Part shown: positions 17,617 through 30,747 of the stretch, piece after piece
How the letters are laid out: every line of letters starts with the position of its first letter
How positions within the stretch are numbered: position 1 is the stretch's first letter
Assembly (NCBI GenBank): GCA_026392695.1
Contig: JAPLBP010000154.1
Location: 7,854 to 71,853, forward strand
Direction: 5' to 3'
Length of the DNA: 64,000 nt
Source: Actinomycetota bacterium
Lineage (GTDB): Bacteria; Actinomycetota; Actinomycetes; Nanopelagicales; Nanopelagicaceae
Translations under genes and position numbers: made by a program
Notes under the pieces: generated by a model
What the model saw: only the letters and a program-made list of their open reading frames with translations
Databases searched by the model: none
Told to the model about the DNA's origin: nothing

Positions 17617-19204
17617 ATTATTGGGTGGTCGCTACAAACTCGGTGAAATGATTGGTACTGGGGGAATGGCAGATGTTTATATCGCCGACGACCAGCGACT
17701 CTCGCGCAAGGTTGCTATCAAAGTTCTACGAAGTGATTTGGCGCGAGACCCTTCGTTTGTTTCACGTTTTCGTAAAGAAGCCCTCGCTGCTGCAGGTCTT
17801 AATCACCCAGGTATTGTCGCGGTTTACGATTCCGGCGAAGAACCAGCTCCTTATATTGTTATGGAGTTAGTTTCTGGTCACACATTAAGAGAAATACTTC
17901 ATACGGGCGAGCGAATGCCTTTAGACCGTGTACTTGAAATTGGAGAGGGAATTCTCACTGCACTTGCCTACTCCCACGAATCTGGAATTGTTCACCGGGA
18001 CATAAAACCGGCGAACGTTATGATCACAGATCAAGGCGTGGTTAAGGTGATGGATTTTGGTATCGCGCGAGCACTCGACGATTTTGGCGCGACGCTCACC
18101 AATACATGGAATGTGGTTGGAACCGCTCAGTACCTCTCGCCAGAACAAGCGATGGGGGAAGTCGCTGATTATCGAAGCGATATTTATTCAGTGGGATGTC
18201 TTCTTTATGAAGTTTTGTTAGGTCGCCCTCCATATACAGGTGAGACGCCCGTGTCTATTGCTTTTCAGCACGTATCAGGTAATTTCACTGAGCCTAAAAT
18301 TCTCTATCCTGGCATTCCTGAAGGACTGAACGTTTTATTGTCCGTAGCATTGGCCAAACGCGCAGAAGATCGATATCAAAGCGCGGGAGACATGTTGAGT
18401 GACGTGAAGAAAATACGCGCCGGCCGTTCTGTTGCAACGAAAATTGCTAGAAGACCAATAAAACTTCGTAAGATTTTTTCGGCCCTTCTTGCTCTTGTCG
18501 TTGTCGGTGGAGTTATTGGTGGTGGACTTTATGCCACAAAGAAGACACAAGGAAAAATTCTTGTAAAGATTCCAAATGTTGTGGGCTTAACTCAAAGTGA
18601 TGCGGAGGCTCTCTTAAGTGGTTTTGTAATCACTATTCAGCGCGCGCATAATCCGCTCATTCCTAAAGATCGAGTTGCAAGTCAACTTCCTCTTGCGACC
18701 TCGGAAGTGCTTAATAAAACAGGAGTCACTTTGACTCTCTCTGATGGTCCAGGAGACTCCACTATTCCGATTGATCTCGTTGGAAAGTCACTTATTGATG
18801 CTCGAACTGCGCTCACTGCGGTTGGACTCGTAGTCGCTCAAACCCAAGCAATTGCTTCAGATAAACCTCAAGGAACAGTCCTCAGCGTCACCCCTGCGGG
18901 TGGATCCACCATTGCTTCTGGGAGCGGAGTAATTCTTCAAATTGCTAGTGGAGATATTGAAGTGCCTTCTTTATTAGGTTTAGGTGAGATACAAGCACGA
19001 ACAATCCTTACTCAAGCTGGATTTTTAGTTCAACTCATTGATGCAGTTGATCCGACTCAAACAGTGGGCGTAGTGGTTGCTCAGGCTCCGGATCCCGGAA
19101 CTACACACACAATTGGTTCTTCTGTAACGATCACGGTCAACCGAGCGCCGACCTCGCCGACCCCAACACCGACTATTTCCGACTCTGCCTCGCCCACGCC
19201 TTAA
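17609..19204 (+). CDS. pknB: Ser/Thr protein kinase with three PASTA repeats
   Basis: Motifs GTGGMADVY, VAIK, HRDIKPAN, DFG, SPEQ; one TM segment (LLALVVVGGVIGGGL); then three PASTA-like units (PNVVGL..., IDLVGK..., VPSLLGL...). Confidence 0.9.
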   Translation: MSKLLGGRYKLGEMIGTGGMADVYIADDQRLSRKVAIKVLRSDLARDPSFVSRFRKEALAAAGLNHPGIVAVYDSGEEPAPYIVMELVSGHTLREILHTGERMPLDRVLEIGEGILTALAYSHESGIVHRDIKPANVMITDQGVVKVMDFGIARALDDFGATLTNTWNVVGTAQYLSPEQAMGEVADYRSDIYSVGCLLYEVLLGRPPYTGETPVSIAFQHVSGNFTEPKILYPGIPEGLNVLLSVALAKRAEDRYQSAGDMLSDVKKIRAGRSVATKIARRPIKLRKIFSALLALVVVGGVIGGGLYATKKTQGKILVKIPNVVGLTQSDAEALLSGFVITIQRAHNPLIPKDRVASQLPLATSEVLNKTGVTLTLSDGPGDSTIPIDLVGKSLIDARTALTAVGLVVAQTQAIASDKPQGTVLSVTPAGGSTIASGSGVILQIASGDIEVPSLLGLGEIQARTILTQAGFLVQLIDAVDPTQTVGVVVAQAPDPGTTHTIGSSVTITVNRAPTSPTPTPTISDSASPTP

Positions 19205-19836
19205 TTACTTTTGCCCACCACTGGCGATAAACCAATCGCTTTTCTTAGTGCGCTCTCGTCCCCACACTCTCTTAACCAATTAGCAAGTAAGTGATGGCCG
19301 TGCTCCGTTAGGACTGACTCGGGATGAAACTGAACTCCTTCAATAAGTAAATTTTTATGGCGAAGAGACATGACGACCCCGGATGCTGTCTCTCCTGTAA
19401 CTTCTAGCTCTGAAGGAATTGATTGCGCCTCCACTGCTAGAGAGTGGTAGCGAGTTGCTGTAAACGGGGAAGGGATGTCAGCCAAGATACCAACTCCGCG
19501 ATGAAAAACTTCGGAAGTTTTTCCGTGAAGCAATTCGGGGGCCTGCGACACGACCGCACCGAAAGCAACTGCAATTGCTTGATGACCTAAACACACTCCA
19601 AATAAAGGAATGTCGTGGGCCGCGCAGTAACGAACCATCTCAACACTCACACCCGCTCGCTCAGGAGTTCCGGGACCAGGTGAAATTAGGACCCCGTCGT
19701 ACAGATCGGCCTCCTCCACACGAATCGCGTCATTTCGAACGACCGTACATTCAGCCCCCAGTTGGGCCAAATACTGCACGAGGTTAAAAACGAAGGAGTC
19801 ATAGTTATCAATGACAAGAATTTTTCTGGCGGGCAT
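19201..19836 (-). CDS. trpG: Glutamine amidotransferase component II (anthranilate/aminodeoxychorismate synthase)
   Basis: KILVIDNYDSF start, GVCLGHQ catalytic Cys, HPES. Start at internal M32 of the track ORF. Confidence 0.85.
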   Translation of the reverse strand: MPARKILVIDNYDSFVFNLVQYLAQLGAECTVVRNDAIRVEEADLYDGVLISPGPGTPERAGVSVEMVRYCAAHDIPLFGVCLGHQAIAVAFGAVVSQAPELLHGKTSEVFHRGVGILADIPSPFTATRYHSLAVEAQSIPSELEVTGETASGVVMSLRHKNLLIEGVQFHPESVLTEHGHHLLANWLRECGDESALRKAIGLSPVVGKSN

Positions 19837-19888
19837 AAGGCTTATCCTCTCGCATTGAGGAGCGCTCTCGCCCGTGTTACCCTCGCCT

Positions 19889-20146
19889 ATGCCTAAATCA
19901 AAGCTTCGAAAAAAAGTTAAGAAGGTCATTCCGGCTCAGGAATTGCATCCTGTTGCTGCTCCGACTGAGAGCCCTCGATGGCTGGCCCCTGTGATGGTGG
20001 GTTCCTTTTTGGCCGGTTTGATCTGGATCGTCATTTTTTATGTCACTTCAACAAGTTATCCCGTCCCGAATATTGGGGCTTGGAATATGGTCATTGGTTT
20101 TGGATTCATTGGCGTGGGATTCTCCCTTGCCACAAAATGGCGCTGA
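19889..20146 (+). CDS. crgA: Cell division protein CrgA
   Basis: MPKSKLRKK N-terminus, two TM segments, and the conserved position between trpG and rhomboid/ppiA. Confidence 0.85.
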   Translation: MPKSKLRKKVKKVIPAQELHPVAAPTESPRWLAPVMVGSFLAGLIWIVIFYVTSTSYPVPNIGAWNMVIGFGFIGVGFSLATKWR

Positions 20147-20181
20147 TTCCTTATTAATAGGTACTAATTACACGTGTGTAA

Positions 20182-20213
20182 CTCTCCACAGTGTGGAAAA
20201 CTCCTGTGGATAA
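20182..20213. promoter_or_regulatory. Three DnaA-box-like 9-mers in a convergent intergenic spacer
   Basis: CTCTCCACA (20182-20190, +), TGTGGAAAA (20192-20200, complement TTTTCCACA), TGTGGATAA (20205-20213, complement is the perfect box TTATCCACA). Confidence 0.4.
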
Positions 20214-20214
20214 G

Positions 20215-20787
20215 TTATCTACGTTTTGCTACCTGTAAAAACACCCAAGAGGTCACGGCTCCACCTAAGAGACCGCCCAAATGGGCATGCCAATCTACAT
20301 TCGGCACTATAAAACTGATGGCAAAGTTAATTCCGAGGATGACGTAAATACTCCGAACATCGGCGCCCATTCTCTTTCCGGCAACCGCAAAGGCTCCAAA
20401 GAGTCCGAATAGCGCCCCTGACGCACCGACCGAGGGTTGATTTACGGCGTTAAAGAGGAGAGATGCCACAGAACCAGTCACCAGAGAAATCATGAAGATG
20501 GTGATGAACCGTCCCCGACCGAAAGATGCCTCCAGTGGATTTCCAAGAACTAGTAGCGCGTACATGTTGAAACCCAAATGCATAAGGCCTCCATGTACCA
20601 GAGCGACTGTGAGAATTCGATACCACTCACCTGCGCCCACTCCATGGACAACACCATCGCTCAAGATAGCTTTGTTGATAAGAAATAGATTTTCTTGCAA
20701 CCCAGGTCGGACAAGGGTCAACAAATAAAAACCGCAAATGATCGTGATGAGTGAGGTAGTCGTATTTCTCTTCATCGCACTTCTCAC
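20215..20787 (-). CDS. Rhomboid-family intramembrane serine protease
   Basis: Motifs HGGLMHLGFNM, GASGALFGLFGA (catalytic Ser), HLGGLLGG (catalytic His). Confidence 0.85.
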   Translation of the reverse strand: MRSAMKRNTTTSLITIICGFYLLTLVRPGLQENLFLINKAILSDGVVHGVGAGEWYRILTVALVHGGLMHLGFNMYALLVLGNPLEASFGRGRFITIFMISLVTGSVASLLFNAVNQPSVGASGALFGLFGAFAVAGKRMGADVRSIYVILGINFAISFIVPNVDWHAHLGGLLGGAVTSWVFLQVAKRR

Positions 20788-20817
20788 TTACTTCGAGCTA
20801 AATTATCTTTGGAGAAA

Positions 20818-21339
20818 TTATGAAAGAGTGACGGAGTTGATCGTAATCGCTGTAGAAGGGCGATCTTGACCGTCAGTCTTTGCTGCTGCAATCGCATCAA
20901 CAACTTTCTGGCTAGCAGCGTCTTTTACTTCACCGAAAATCGTGTGTTTACGATTCAACCATGTGGTTGGGGCAACGGTAATAAAGAATTGAGAACCGTT
21001 GGTTCCTGGGCCTGAATTGGCCATCGCGAGAATGTATGGGCGATCAAAAACTAACTCTCCGTGAAATTCATCAGCAAAGCGATAACCAGGACCACCTGTT
21101 CCGCGACCAAGGGGATCTCCACCTTGAATCATGAAACCTGAAATGACACGGTGAAAAACTGTGTTGTCGTAGAGGTTCGCGGTCGACTTTTCACCCGTTC
21201 GAGGATCCGTCCACTCGCGAGCGCCGCTGGCTAACTCCACGAAGTTGGCAACGGTTTTAGGTGCGTGATTAGGAAACAACTCAATGACGATGTCGCCAAG
21301 AGATGTGTGCAGGGTCGCGCTGTTTACGGTTGTTGTCAT
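20818..21339 (-). CDS. ppiA: Cyclophilin-type peptidyl-prolyl cis-trans isomerase
   Basis: Motifs [45 protein letters not shown]. Confidence 0.92.
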   Translation of the reverse strand: MTTTVNSATLHTSLGDIVIELFPNHAPKTVANFVELASGAREWTDPRTGEKSTANLYDNTVFHRVISGFMIQGGDPLGRGTGGPGYRFADEFHGELVFDRPYILAMANSGPGTNGSQFFITVAPTTWLNRKHTIFGEVKDAASQKVVDAIAAAKTDGQDRPSTAITINSVTLS

Positions 21340-21340
21340 G

Positions 21341-21413
21341 TGGAGACTAGGGGAATCGAACCCCTAACCCCCGCCTTGCAAAGGCGGTGCTCTACCAATT
21401 GAGCTAAGTCCCC
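21341..21413 (-). tRNA. tRNA-Ala (anticodon UGC)
   Basis: GGGGACTTAGCTCAATTGGTAGAGCACCGCCTTTGCAAGGCGGGGGTTAGGGGTTCGATTCCCCTAGTCTCCA, with the G3:U70 identity pair. Confidence 0.92.
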
Positions 21414-21427
21414 GTGGTTAACGGGAG

Positions 21428-21502
21428 TGGGCCTTGGAGGACTTGAACCTCCGACCTCTTCCTTATCAGGGAAGCGCTCTAACCAGGCTGAGCTAAAGGC
21501 CC
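21428..21502 (-). tRNA. tRNA-Ile (anticodon GAU)
   Basis: GGGCCTTTAGCTCAGCCTGGTTAGAGCGCTTCCCTGATAAGGAAGAGGTCGGAGGTTCAAGTCCTCCAAGGCCCA. Confidence 0.92.
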
Positions 21503-21567
21503 GAAAACCTGCGTAAGGCTACAGGTAATTAGAGTAAGACCCAAAACGAGCTAAAACTTTCACAGAC

Positions 21568-24057
21568 CTAAACCTCGGTAGGTTCACTGTTCTGCTCTGC
21601 TTCAGCGTTCTTCGTGACAGAGAGTACCTGAACTCCCTCGGCCAAATTGACCAATTTCACGCCCATGGAATCACGACCAGTTTGGCGTACCTCACCGGCT
21701 GGAGTCCTCATGACAGTTCCTGCGGATGTAATCGCTAGAACTTCATCCTCATTCTTGATCACAAGGGCGCTGACCAAAGAACCTCGGGAATCAGTATCGA
21801 TTTTGGCTGCTTTTATGCCTATTCCGCCTCGGCCTTGCAGGCGATATTCCTCAAGCGGAGTCTTCTTACCGTACCCGCCGTCGGTAGCGGTAAAGACGAA
21901 GAGTTGAGAATCGGAAGAATTAATGCGCGCCATTGTGAGGAGTTCATCTCCCTCACGGAACTTCATGCCGATAACTCCACTTGTAGATCGTCCCATTGGT
22001 CGAAGGGTGGAGTCATCCGAAGCAAAACGTGAAGACATTCCCTTTTTTGAAACTAGAAGAAGTTCATCGTCCTCGTGAACCAAGGTCGCGCTAACAACTT
22101 CGTCACCTTCGCGCAATGTAATAGCGATCAAGCCTCCTGCTCGTGGTGAATCGTATTCACTCAATGGAGTTTTTTTGACGAGGCCATTTTTTGTCGCGAG
22201 AACTAAATACGGCTCGACTTCATAATTCTTCACAGAAAGAACTTGAGCAATAGTCTCATCTGGTTTGAAAGCCATCAGATTAGCAACATGCTGACCACGT
22301 GCATCTCGCCCAGAATCAGGAAGTTCATGAACTTTACTTCGGTAAACCCTTCCTTGATTGGTAAAGAAGAGTAGCCAATCGTGTGTTGAAGCAACAAAGA
22401 AATGATCAACTACATCGTCCTGTTTCAAAGATGCTCCACGAACGCCTTTACCGCCACGTTTTTGTGATCGGTAGAGGTCTGCACGAGTTCTCTTGGCATA
22501 ACCAGTATGAGTGATGGTCACAACCGCATCTTGATCCGGAATCAAGTCTTCGGCTGAAAAATCACCTTCACTTGCAACAATTTGTGTTCGTCGGTCATCG
22601 CCATATTTAACAACCAATTCAGCAAGCTCAACTCTAATTATTTCACGCTGCTTTTCTTCGCTGCCCAATATTGCAGTGAGTTCAACAATGTCAGCCATGA
22701 GACCGTCATACTCGTCGTTAATCTTTTGACGTTCAAGGGCAGCAATTCTGCGAAGCTGCATATCCAAAATCGCGTTGGCTTGGATTTCATCAACATCCAA
22801 TAATTTCATTAAGCCTGTGCGTGCTTCTTCGGGAGTAGAGCTCGCACGGATTAAAGCGATTACCGCATCTAGAGCATCGAGGGCTTTGAGGTAGCCACGC
22901 AAAATATGAGCACGGCGCTCTTTTTCGGCCAACCTGTATTTCGTCCGTCGGACAATCACTTCAACTTGGTGCTCGATGTAATAGCGAACAAACTCATCGA
23001 GGCGAAGTGTGCGAGGAACTCCATCAACCAACGCAAGCATGTTGGCGCCGAAGGTGTCTTGAAGTTGTGTCTGCTTGTAAAGATTATTGAGCACGACTTT
23101 TGGAATCGCGTCGTTACGCAAAACGATTACGAGGCGTTGGCCGAGACGCTCATTTCCTTCATCGCGAACATCTGAAATTCCTTTTATCTTTCCGTCTTTT
23201 ACGAGTTCAGCGATTTTCAAGGCTAAATTATCTGGGTTCACTTGATAGGGAAGCTCTGTAATCACCAAACATGTTCGCTTATTAATCTCTTCAATGAGGA
23301 CCACGGCACGCATAGTTATTGAGCCGCGACCGGTCCGATAGGCACTTTCAATACCAGTGCGACCAACTATGAGGCCACGTGTTGGAAAGTCCGGCCCTTT
23401 AACAATTTTGAGAAGTTGGTTGAGAAGCTCTTCCGATTTTGCTTCCGGGTGAGCCAACGCCCACGCCACACCTTCAGCAATTTCGCGAAGGTTGTGTGGG
23501 GGGATATTTGTGGCCATACCAACAGCAATGCCCGCACTTCCGTTGACAAGAAGATTTGGAAAACGACTCGGTAGGACATCTGGTTCAGACGAGCGACCAT
23601 CGTAGTTAGGTGAGAAATTAACCGTATCTTCATCAATGTCGCGCATCATCTCCATCGCCATCGGAGAAAGACGTGCTTCTGTGTAACGCATCGCGGCCGC
23701 TGGATCGTTTCCTGGAGAACCAAAGTTTCCATTGCCGTCCACTAATGGATAACGCAATGACCAAGTTTGGGCGAGACGAACTACTGTGTCATAAATTGCT
23801 GTATCGCCGTGTGGGTGATATTTACCCATAACGTCACCGACGATACGTGAGGACTTGTAGTAGCCCTTATCAGGTCGGTAGCCGCCATCAAACATGGCAT
23901 AAAGAACACGTCTATGAACAGGCTTTAAACCGTCACGAATATCAGGAAGGGCTCGACCGACGATAACGCTCATGGCGTAATCGAGATATGAGCGTGCCAT
24001 CTCCACCTGGAGATCGACAATCTCTATCCGATCAAAGTCCTTCTTGAGCTCGTCCAT
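21568..24057 (-). CDS. gyrA: DNA gyrase subunit A
   Basis: 829 aa; motifs [16 protein letters not shown] (catalytic Tyr); C-terminal beta-pinwheel repeats. Length shows no intein. Confidence 0.97.
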   Translation of the reverse strand: MDELKKDFDRIEIVDLQVEMARSYLDYAMSVIVGRALPDIRDGLKPVHRRVLYAMFDGGYRPDKGYYKSSRIVGDVMGKYHPHGDTAIYDTVVRLAQTWSLRYPLVDGNGNFGSPGNDPAAAMRYTEARLSPMAMEMMRDIDEDTVNFSPNYDGRSSEPDVLPSRFPNLLVNGSAGIAVGMATNIPPHNLREIAEGVAWALAHPEAKSEELLNQLLKIVKGPDFPTRGLIVGRTGIESAYRTGRGSITMRAVVLIEEINKRTCLVITELPYQVNPDNLALKIAELVKDGKIKGISDVRDEGNERLGQRLVIVLRNDAIPKVVLNNLYKQTQLQDTFGANMLALVDGVPRTLRLDEFVRYYIEHQVEVIVRRTKYRLAEKERRAHILRGYLKALDALDAVIALIRASSTPEEARTGLMKLLDVDEIQANAILDMQLRRIAALERQKINDEYDGLMADIVELTAILGSEEKQREIIRVELAELVVKYGDDRRTQIVASEGDFSAEDLIPDQDAVVTITHTGYAKRTRADLYRSQKRGGKGVRGASLKQDDVVDHFFVASTHDWLLFFTNQGRVYRSKVHELPDSGRDARGQHVANLMAFKPDETIAQVLSVKNYEVEPYLVLATKNGLVKKTPLSEYDSPRAGGLIAITLREGDEVVSATLVHEDDELLLVSKKGMSSRFASDDSTLRPMGRSTSGVIGMKFREGDELLTMARINSSDSQLFVFTATDGGYGKKTPLEEYRLQGRGGIGIKAAKIDTDSRGSLVSALVIKNEDEVLAITSAGTVMRTPAGEVRQTGRDSMGVKLVNLAEGVQVLSVTKNAEAEQNSEPTEV

Positions 24058-24078
24058 TACCAGCCTGCCTTTTCTTAT

Positions 24079-26724
<2,646 letters not shown>

Positions 26725-26725
<1 letters not shown>

Positions 26726-27819
26726 TATTTCTTTCCCTCCACAACTTTTCCGAAAAGCACATAACGTCGTTCTGTCTCAAGCCCGTCAGGAAGGTCGCTC
26801 TCTACGGCAGTAGTGATAATTGTTTGCTCTGCTGTTCGTGTTGCCTCCACCAATTGAATGCGTCTTTTTGTATCAAGTTCGGCGAAAATATCATCAAGAA
26901 TTAGAATTGGCTCTAACCCTTCACTCCTTAAAAGTTTGAAAGCTCCAAGACGAAGAGAGATCGCGAACGACCAGGACTCCCCGTGGCTCGCATAACCTTT
27001 CGCGGGGAACTCTCCTAAATTAAGCAATAGATCATCTCTGTGTGGACCAAGTAAAGTCACACCTCTCTCAATCTCTTGATATTGAACTTCAATTAAACGC
27101 TGTGAAAGATGTTCTAAGTTGGTGTTGAAATCGTTAGTTAACCCTAAAGTCGACGAGCGGTAGGAAATAGTCGCTTTCTTTGCCTCATTCAAATTTTTGT
27201 AACTCTCCTCTACCCAAGGGTTGAGGGCCTCACACAACTTTATCCTCTCTGTTGTGAGCTTGGCAGCTAAAGTTAAAAATTGCTCATTCCATGGTGTTAA
27301 AGCACTTTGAGGCGCTCTTGTTTTAAGAAGAACATTTCGTTGTTTCACTACTCTGTCGTAGTCAGTAATAACTCCAGCTAATCTGGGTGAACGCGTAATA
27401 AGTAAACGGTCAAGAAAATTGCGGCGTTCGTTCGGATCTCCTCGAACGAGATCTAGATCTTCTGGAGAAAAATATACTGTTTGACAAGCTCCGAGAATCT
27501 CTCTTTGGCTTCGAACCGGGTTTTGGTTCAACCGAGCACGATTTGCTTTCGAAATATTTATTTCAAGATCTACTTGCAGAGCTCTTTCATCTTTGATTAT
27601 TTCAGCCCTAATAATGGCTTGTGTGTTTCCGAGAAGAATAAGCGGTTGATTTTGAGAGGTTCTATGGGAGCTAAGAAAAGAAAGGTAGATGATTGCCTCG
27701 GCAATATTCGTCTTTCCTGACCCGTTGTCTCCAATAAAGGTGGTCGTACCTTTATTAAGTATTAGGTCTAGTTGTGCGTACGACCTAAAATTCGTTAGCG
27801 ATAGTTGATTTATACGCAT
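26725..27819 (-). CDS. recF: DNA replication and repair protein RecF
   Basis: Walker A GDNGSGKTN, signature SHGESWS, Walker B ILILDDIFAELD. Confidence 0.93.
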
Positions 27820-27823
27820 TCAT

Positions 27824-28954
27824 TTACGAGGCGTAGCGCATCGGCATTAATAGATAACGGTAATTTTCAATCGCCTCACCATCTCGTTCTGTTTTACCAG
27901 TGAGAATTGCTGGCTTATTAGATCCAGTAAATGAAATTTGAACAAATGGTGTGCCTACAGCTTGTAGCCCATCGGCGAGAAAAACAGGATTGAAAGCGAT
28001 TGTGATCGGTTCTCCAGTGAGTGAGATCTCAAGTGCTTCTGTCGCTTGCGCGTCTTCACCTGCTCCGGCCTCTAGCTCGAGTGTTGAGTCAGAAAAAGAC
28101 AAGCGTAGTGGAACAGTTTTATCGGTTACGAGAGCAACCCTTCGGACGGAATCTAGAAAGGGTGCAACTTCGACAACAACAGTTGTAGAAATCGTTTGAG
28201 GGAGGAGGTGTCGGTAAGGAGGAAATGTTCCGTCTAACATCCGTGATGTCATTGATTTTCCATCGCTAATAAATCCAGCTAAACGATCGTTTGATGTTTG
28301 TGGAGTTAACGAAATTGAGACACTTTTTGTTCCAGTGAGTGATTTTGTGGCCTCAGCCAACGTTCGTGCTCTTAATAAAGCTGAAGTTTCCAAATTAGGT
28401 TGCGTCGCTTGCCATTGAACTTCTCGCACCGCTAGTCGATAACGATCTGTTGCAGCCAAAGTAATCGTGTCTTGATTAATGTCTACGTGAATCCCGGTCA
28501 AAGTTGGAAGCGAGTCATCCCTTCCTGCGGCAATAGCAACTTGAGCGACTGCGGTTGCAAAAACGTCGCTAGGTATAACTCCAGTTGTTTCTGGTAACTC
28601 AGGTAGATTGGGGTAGTCGTTTAAAGAAAGCGTTGGAAGTGTGAATTTCGCTGTACCTGATGTCACTAAAACACGTGAACCATCTAATTGCACGGTGACG
28701 CTCTTATTGGGAAGCGAGCGCGATATCTCAGCTAAAAGTTTTCCCGGTACTAAAACTTGGCCGGTTTGCGCAACATCGGCAGAAAAGTGAACCTTGCTGG
28801 ATGTCTCTAAATCTGAACCTGACAAAAACACTTCGTTGTTTTCTACATTAATAACTATTCCTAAAAGCGCAGTCATAATCGGTCGGTTAGATAAACTTCG
28901 CGAAACCCAATTAACCGCATCAGCTAAAACATGTTGTTCGACGGTAAATTTCAC
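27824..28954 (-). CDS. dnaN: DNA polymerase III beta sliding clamp
   Basis: VKFTVEQHVLADAV start and three-domain length. GTG 28954 behind GAGAGG is preferred to the TTG at 28987. Confidence 0.93.
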   Translation of the reverse strand: MKFTVEQHVLADAVNWVSRSLSNRPIMTALLGIVINVENNEVFLSGSDLETSSKVHFSADVAQTGQVLVPGKLLAEISRSLPNKSVTVQLDGSRVLVTSGTAKFTLPTLSLNDYPNLPELPETTGVIPSDVFATAVAQVAIAAGRDDSLPTLTGIHVDINQDTITLAATDRYRLAVREVQWQATQPNLETSALLRARTLAEATKSLTGTKSVSISLTPQTSNDRLAGFISDGKSMTSRMLDGTFPPYRHLLPQTISTTVVVEVAPFLDSVRRVALVTDKTVPLRLSFSDSTLELEAGAGEDAQATEALEISLTGEPITIAFNPVFLADGLQAVGTPFVQISFTGSNKPAILTGKTERDGEAIENYRYLLMPMRYAS

Positions 28955-28987
28955 GCCGCACCTCTCATCACTGTTATTAGTGCGCAA

Positions 28988-29312
28988 CCCTCATTCTGAG
29001 AAGTGCCTGATTTCAAGTCTTCCATATTGTTCTCCACCCGTATCCTTTTAATACTTATAAGTAGTAGTAGTAACTAGAGGGTTTCCTGTGGGTAAACCGC
29101 AAAAACCCTGCTGAAAACGGAGTTTCCTTTTTTTCACCTGTTCACAAACCCCTTACTTTGCGGGATAACTCCCTTTCCCTTCTCTGTTAAAACTTCCACG
29201 TAAAAGATTGAGCCCTATTTATTAACAAATCGGAACCAATAAAACCCATATTTTCAAACTTATCCACAACTTCTACACAACCTGGGGGTAAATACCCCCA
29301 ATTCGGACAAAT
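28988..29312. other. Chromosomal replication origin oriC (dnaA-dnaN spacer)
   Basis: Non-coding 325 bp at the canonical actinobacterial position. Perfect box TTATCCACA at 29260-29268. Near-boxes at 29030-38, 29087-95 (complement TTACCCACA), 29138-46 and 29271-79. TAG TAG TAG TAA trinucleotide run at 29062-29073, next to an AT-rich stretch at 29041-29060. Confidence 0.7.
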
Positions 29313-30719
29313 TTACCCATTTTTAGCGTGTTGCCGGATTCTGTTAGTTAATTCAGTAACTTGGTTGTAGATAGAACGACGCTCAGCCATAAGTTGGCGG
29401 ATTTTGCGATCAGCGTGCATAACTGTGGTGTGGTCCCTCCCACCAAAAAGCTGTCCAATTTTAGGAAGGGAGAGTTCGGTTAACTCACGGCATAAGTACA
29501 TCGCGATCTGGCGGGCGTTAACCAAAACCCTAGATCGTGAAGTACCGCATAAGTCGTCCAAAGTGAGACTGAAGTAGGCGGCTGTTTGAGCCATGATCGT
29601 GGCGCTCGTAATCTCTAGCGGTGTCTCTGTTGGAATGAGGTCTTTAAGGACGATTTCAGCAAGGGACAAATCCACCCCTTGTCGGTTAAGGCTGGCAAAA
29701 GCGGTAACCCGAATCAACGCTCCTTCGAGTTCGCGGATATTGGTTGAGATCTTGCTCGCGATGTACTCCAGAACATCATCAGGGGCATTCAATTTATCTT
29801 GAGCCGCTTTTTTACGAAGGATTGCAATACGTGTTTCAAGCTCCGGGGGTTGAATGTCGGTAATTAAACCCCACTCAAAACGGCTCCTTAAACGATCCTC
29901 CAAGGTGGTTAATTGCTTTGGAGGCCGATCACTAGAAATAACAATTTGTTTATTAGCGTTATACAACGTGTTAAATGTATGAAAGAACTCTTCTTGTGTT
30001 CTTTCTTTGTTTTCTAGAAATTGAATATCATCAACTAAAAGTATGTCTAAATCGCGGTAACGACGCTGAAAAACAGAGGCTTTATCATCGCGAATTGAGT
30101 TAATAAAGTCATTTGTGAACTCTTCACTCGAAACGTAACGAACTCTCACATTGCTGTACAACTCTTTTGCGTACGCCCCAATTGCGTGGAGAAGGTGTGT
30201 TTTTCCCAAACCAGACTCCCCGTAAATAAAAAGAGGGTTATAAGCCTTCGCCGGCGCTTCTGCCACTGCCACCGCCGCAGCGTGAGCAAAACGGTTTGAT
30301 GCTCCGATAACAAAAGTCTCAAAAATATAACGTGGATTGAGTTGTGAGACTTCCAAATTTTTTGAATTAGAAGAATCAGGTCTTCCTGTGCCAGATTTTG
30401 GTGCAACAAACTCAATATCAATTTCTCCAACGACAGGGCTTGTGACCTCTAGTGATTCATCCACCGTGACAGCAATATTTGTCTTCTCGGTAAGTTCACG
30501 AGAGAGGATTTCACTTACGGTATTTCGGAGTCGCGTTTCCAGAACGTCTTTAGCGAAAGCGTTCGGGGCCGCAATGAGCAAAGTTGTGGATCCGTTGCCC
30601 TGGAGCAGACCCAGAGGCTTAGTAAGGGCAAGGAATGCACGATGGGCTGGGGTATCAATCTCCACATTCGAGATGACGCGAACCCATAAATCAGCCAATT
30701 CCACTTCAGTGAGCCCCAT
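29313..30719 (-). CDS. dnaA: Chromosomal replication initiator DnaA
   Basis: AAA+ motifs [19 protein letters not shown], sensor regions; C-terminal HTH (DHTTVMHA). Confidence 0.97.
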   Translation of the reverse strand: MGLTEVELADLWVRVISNVEIDTPAHRAFLALTKPLGLLQGNGSTTLLIAAPNAFAKDVLETRLRNTVSEILSRELTEKTNIAVTVDESLEVTSPVVGEIDIEFVAPKSGTGRPDSSNSKNLEVSQLNPRYIFETFVIGASNRFAHAAAVAVAEAPAKAYNPLFIYGESGLGKTHLLHAIGAYAKELYSNVRVRYVSSEEFTNDFINSIRDDKASVFQRRYRDLDILLVDDIQFLENKERTQEEFFHTFNTLYNANKQIVISSDRPPKQLTTLEDRLRSRFEWGLITDIQPPELETRIAILRKKAAQDKLNAPDDVLEYIASKISTNIRELEGALIRVTAFASLNRQGVDLSLAEIVLKDLIPTETPLEITSATIMAQTAAYFSLTLDDLCGTSRSRVLVNARQIAMYLCRELTELSLPKIGQLFGGRDHTTVMHADRKIRQLMAERRSIYNQVTELTNRIRQHAKNG

Positions 30720-30747
30720 GACAACCTCTCAAAAGATATACACAACG

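Noticed and set aside
21568-24057. Inteins in gyrA, dnaB (53624-55018) or other replication genes
   Set aside because: Protein lengths are canonical and the conserved motifs are contiguous, so nothing is inserted.
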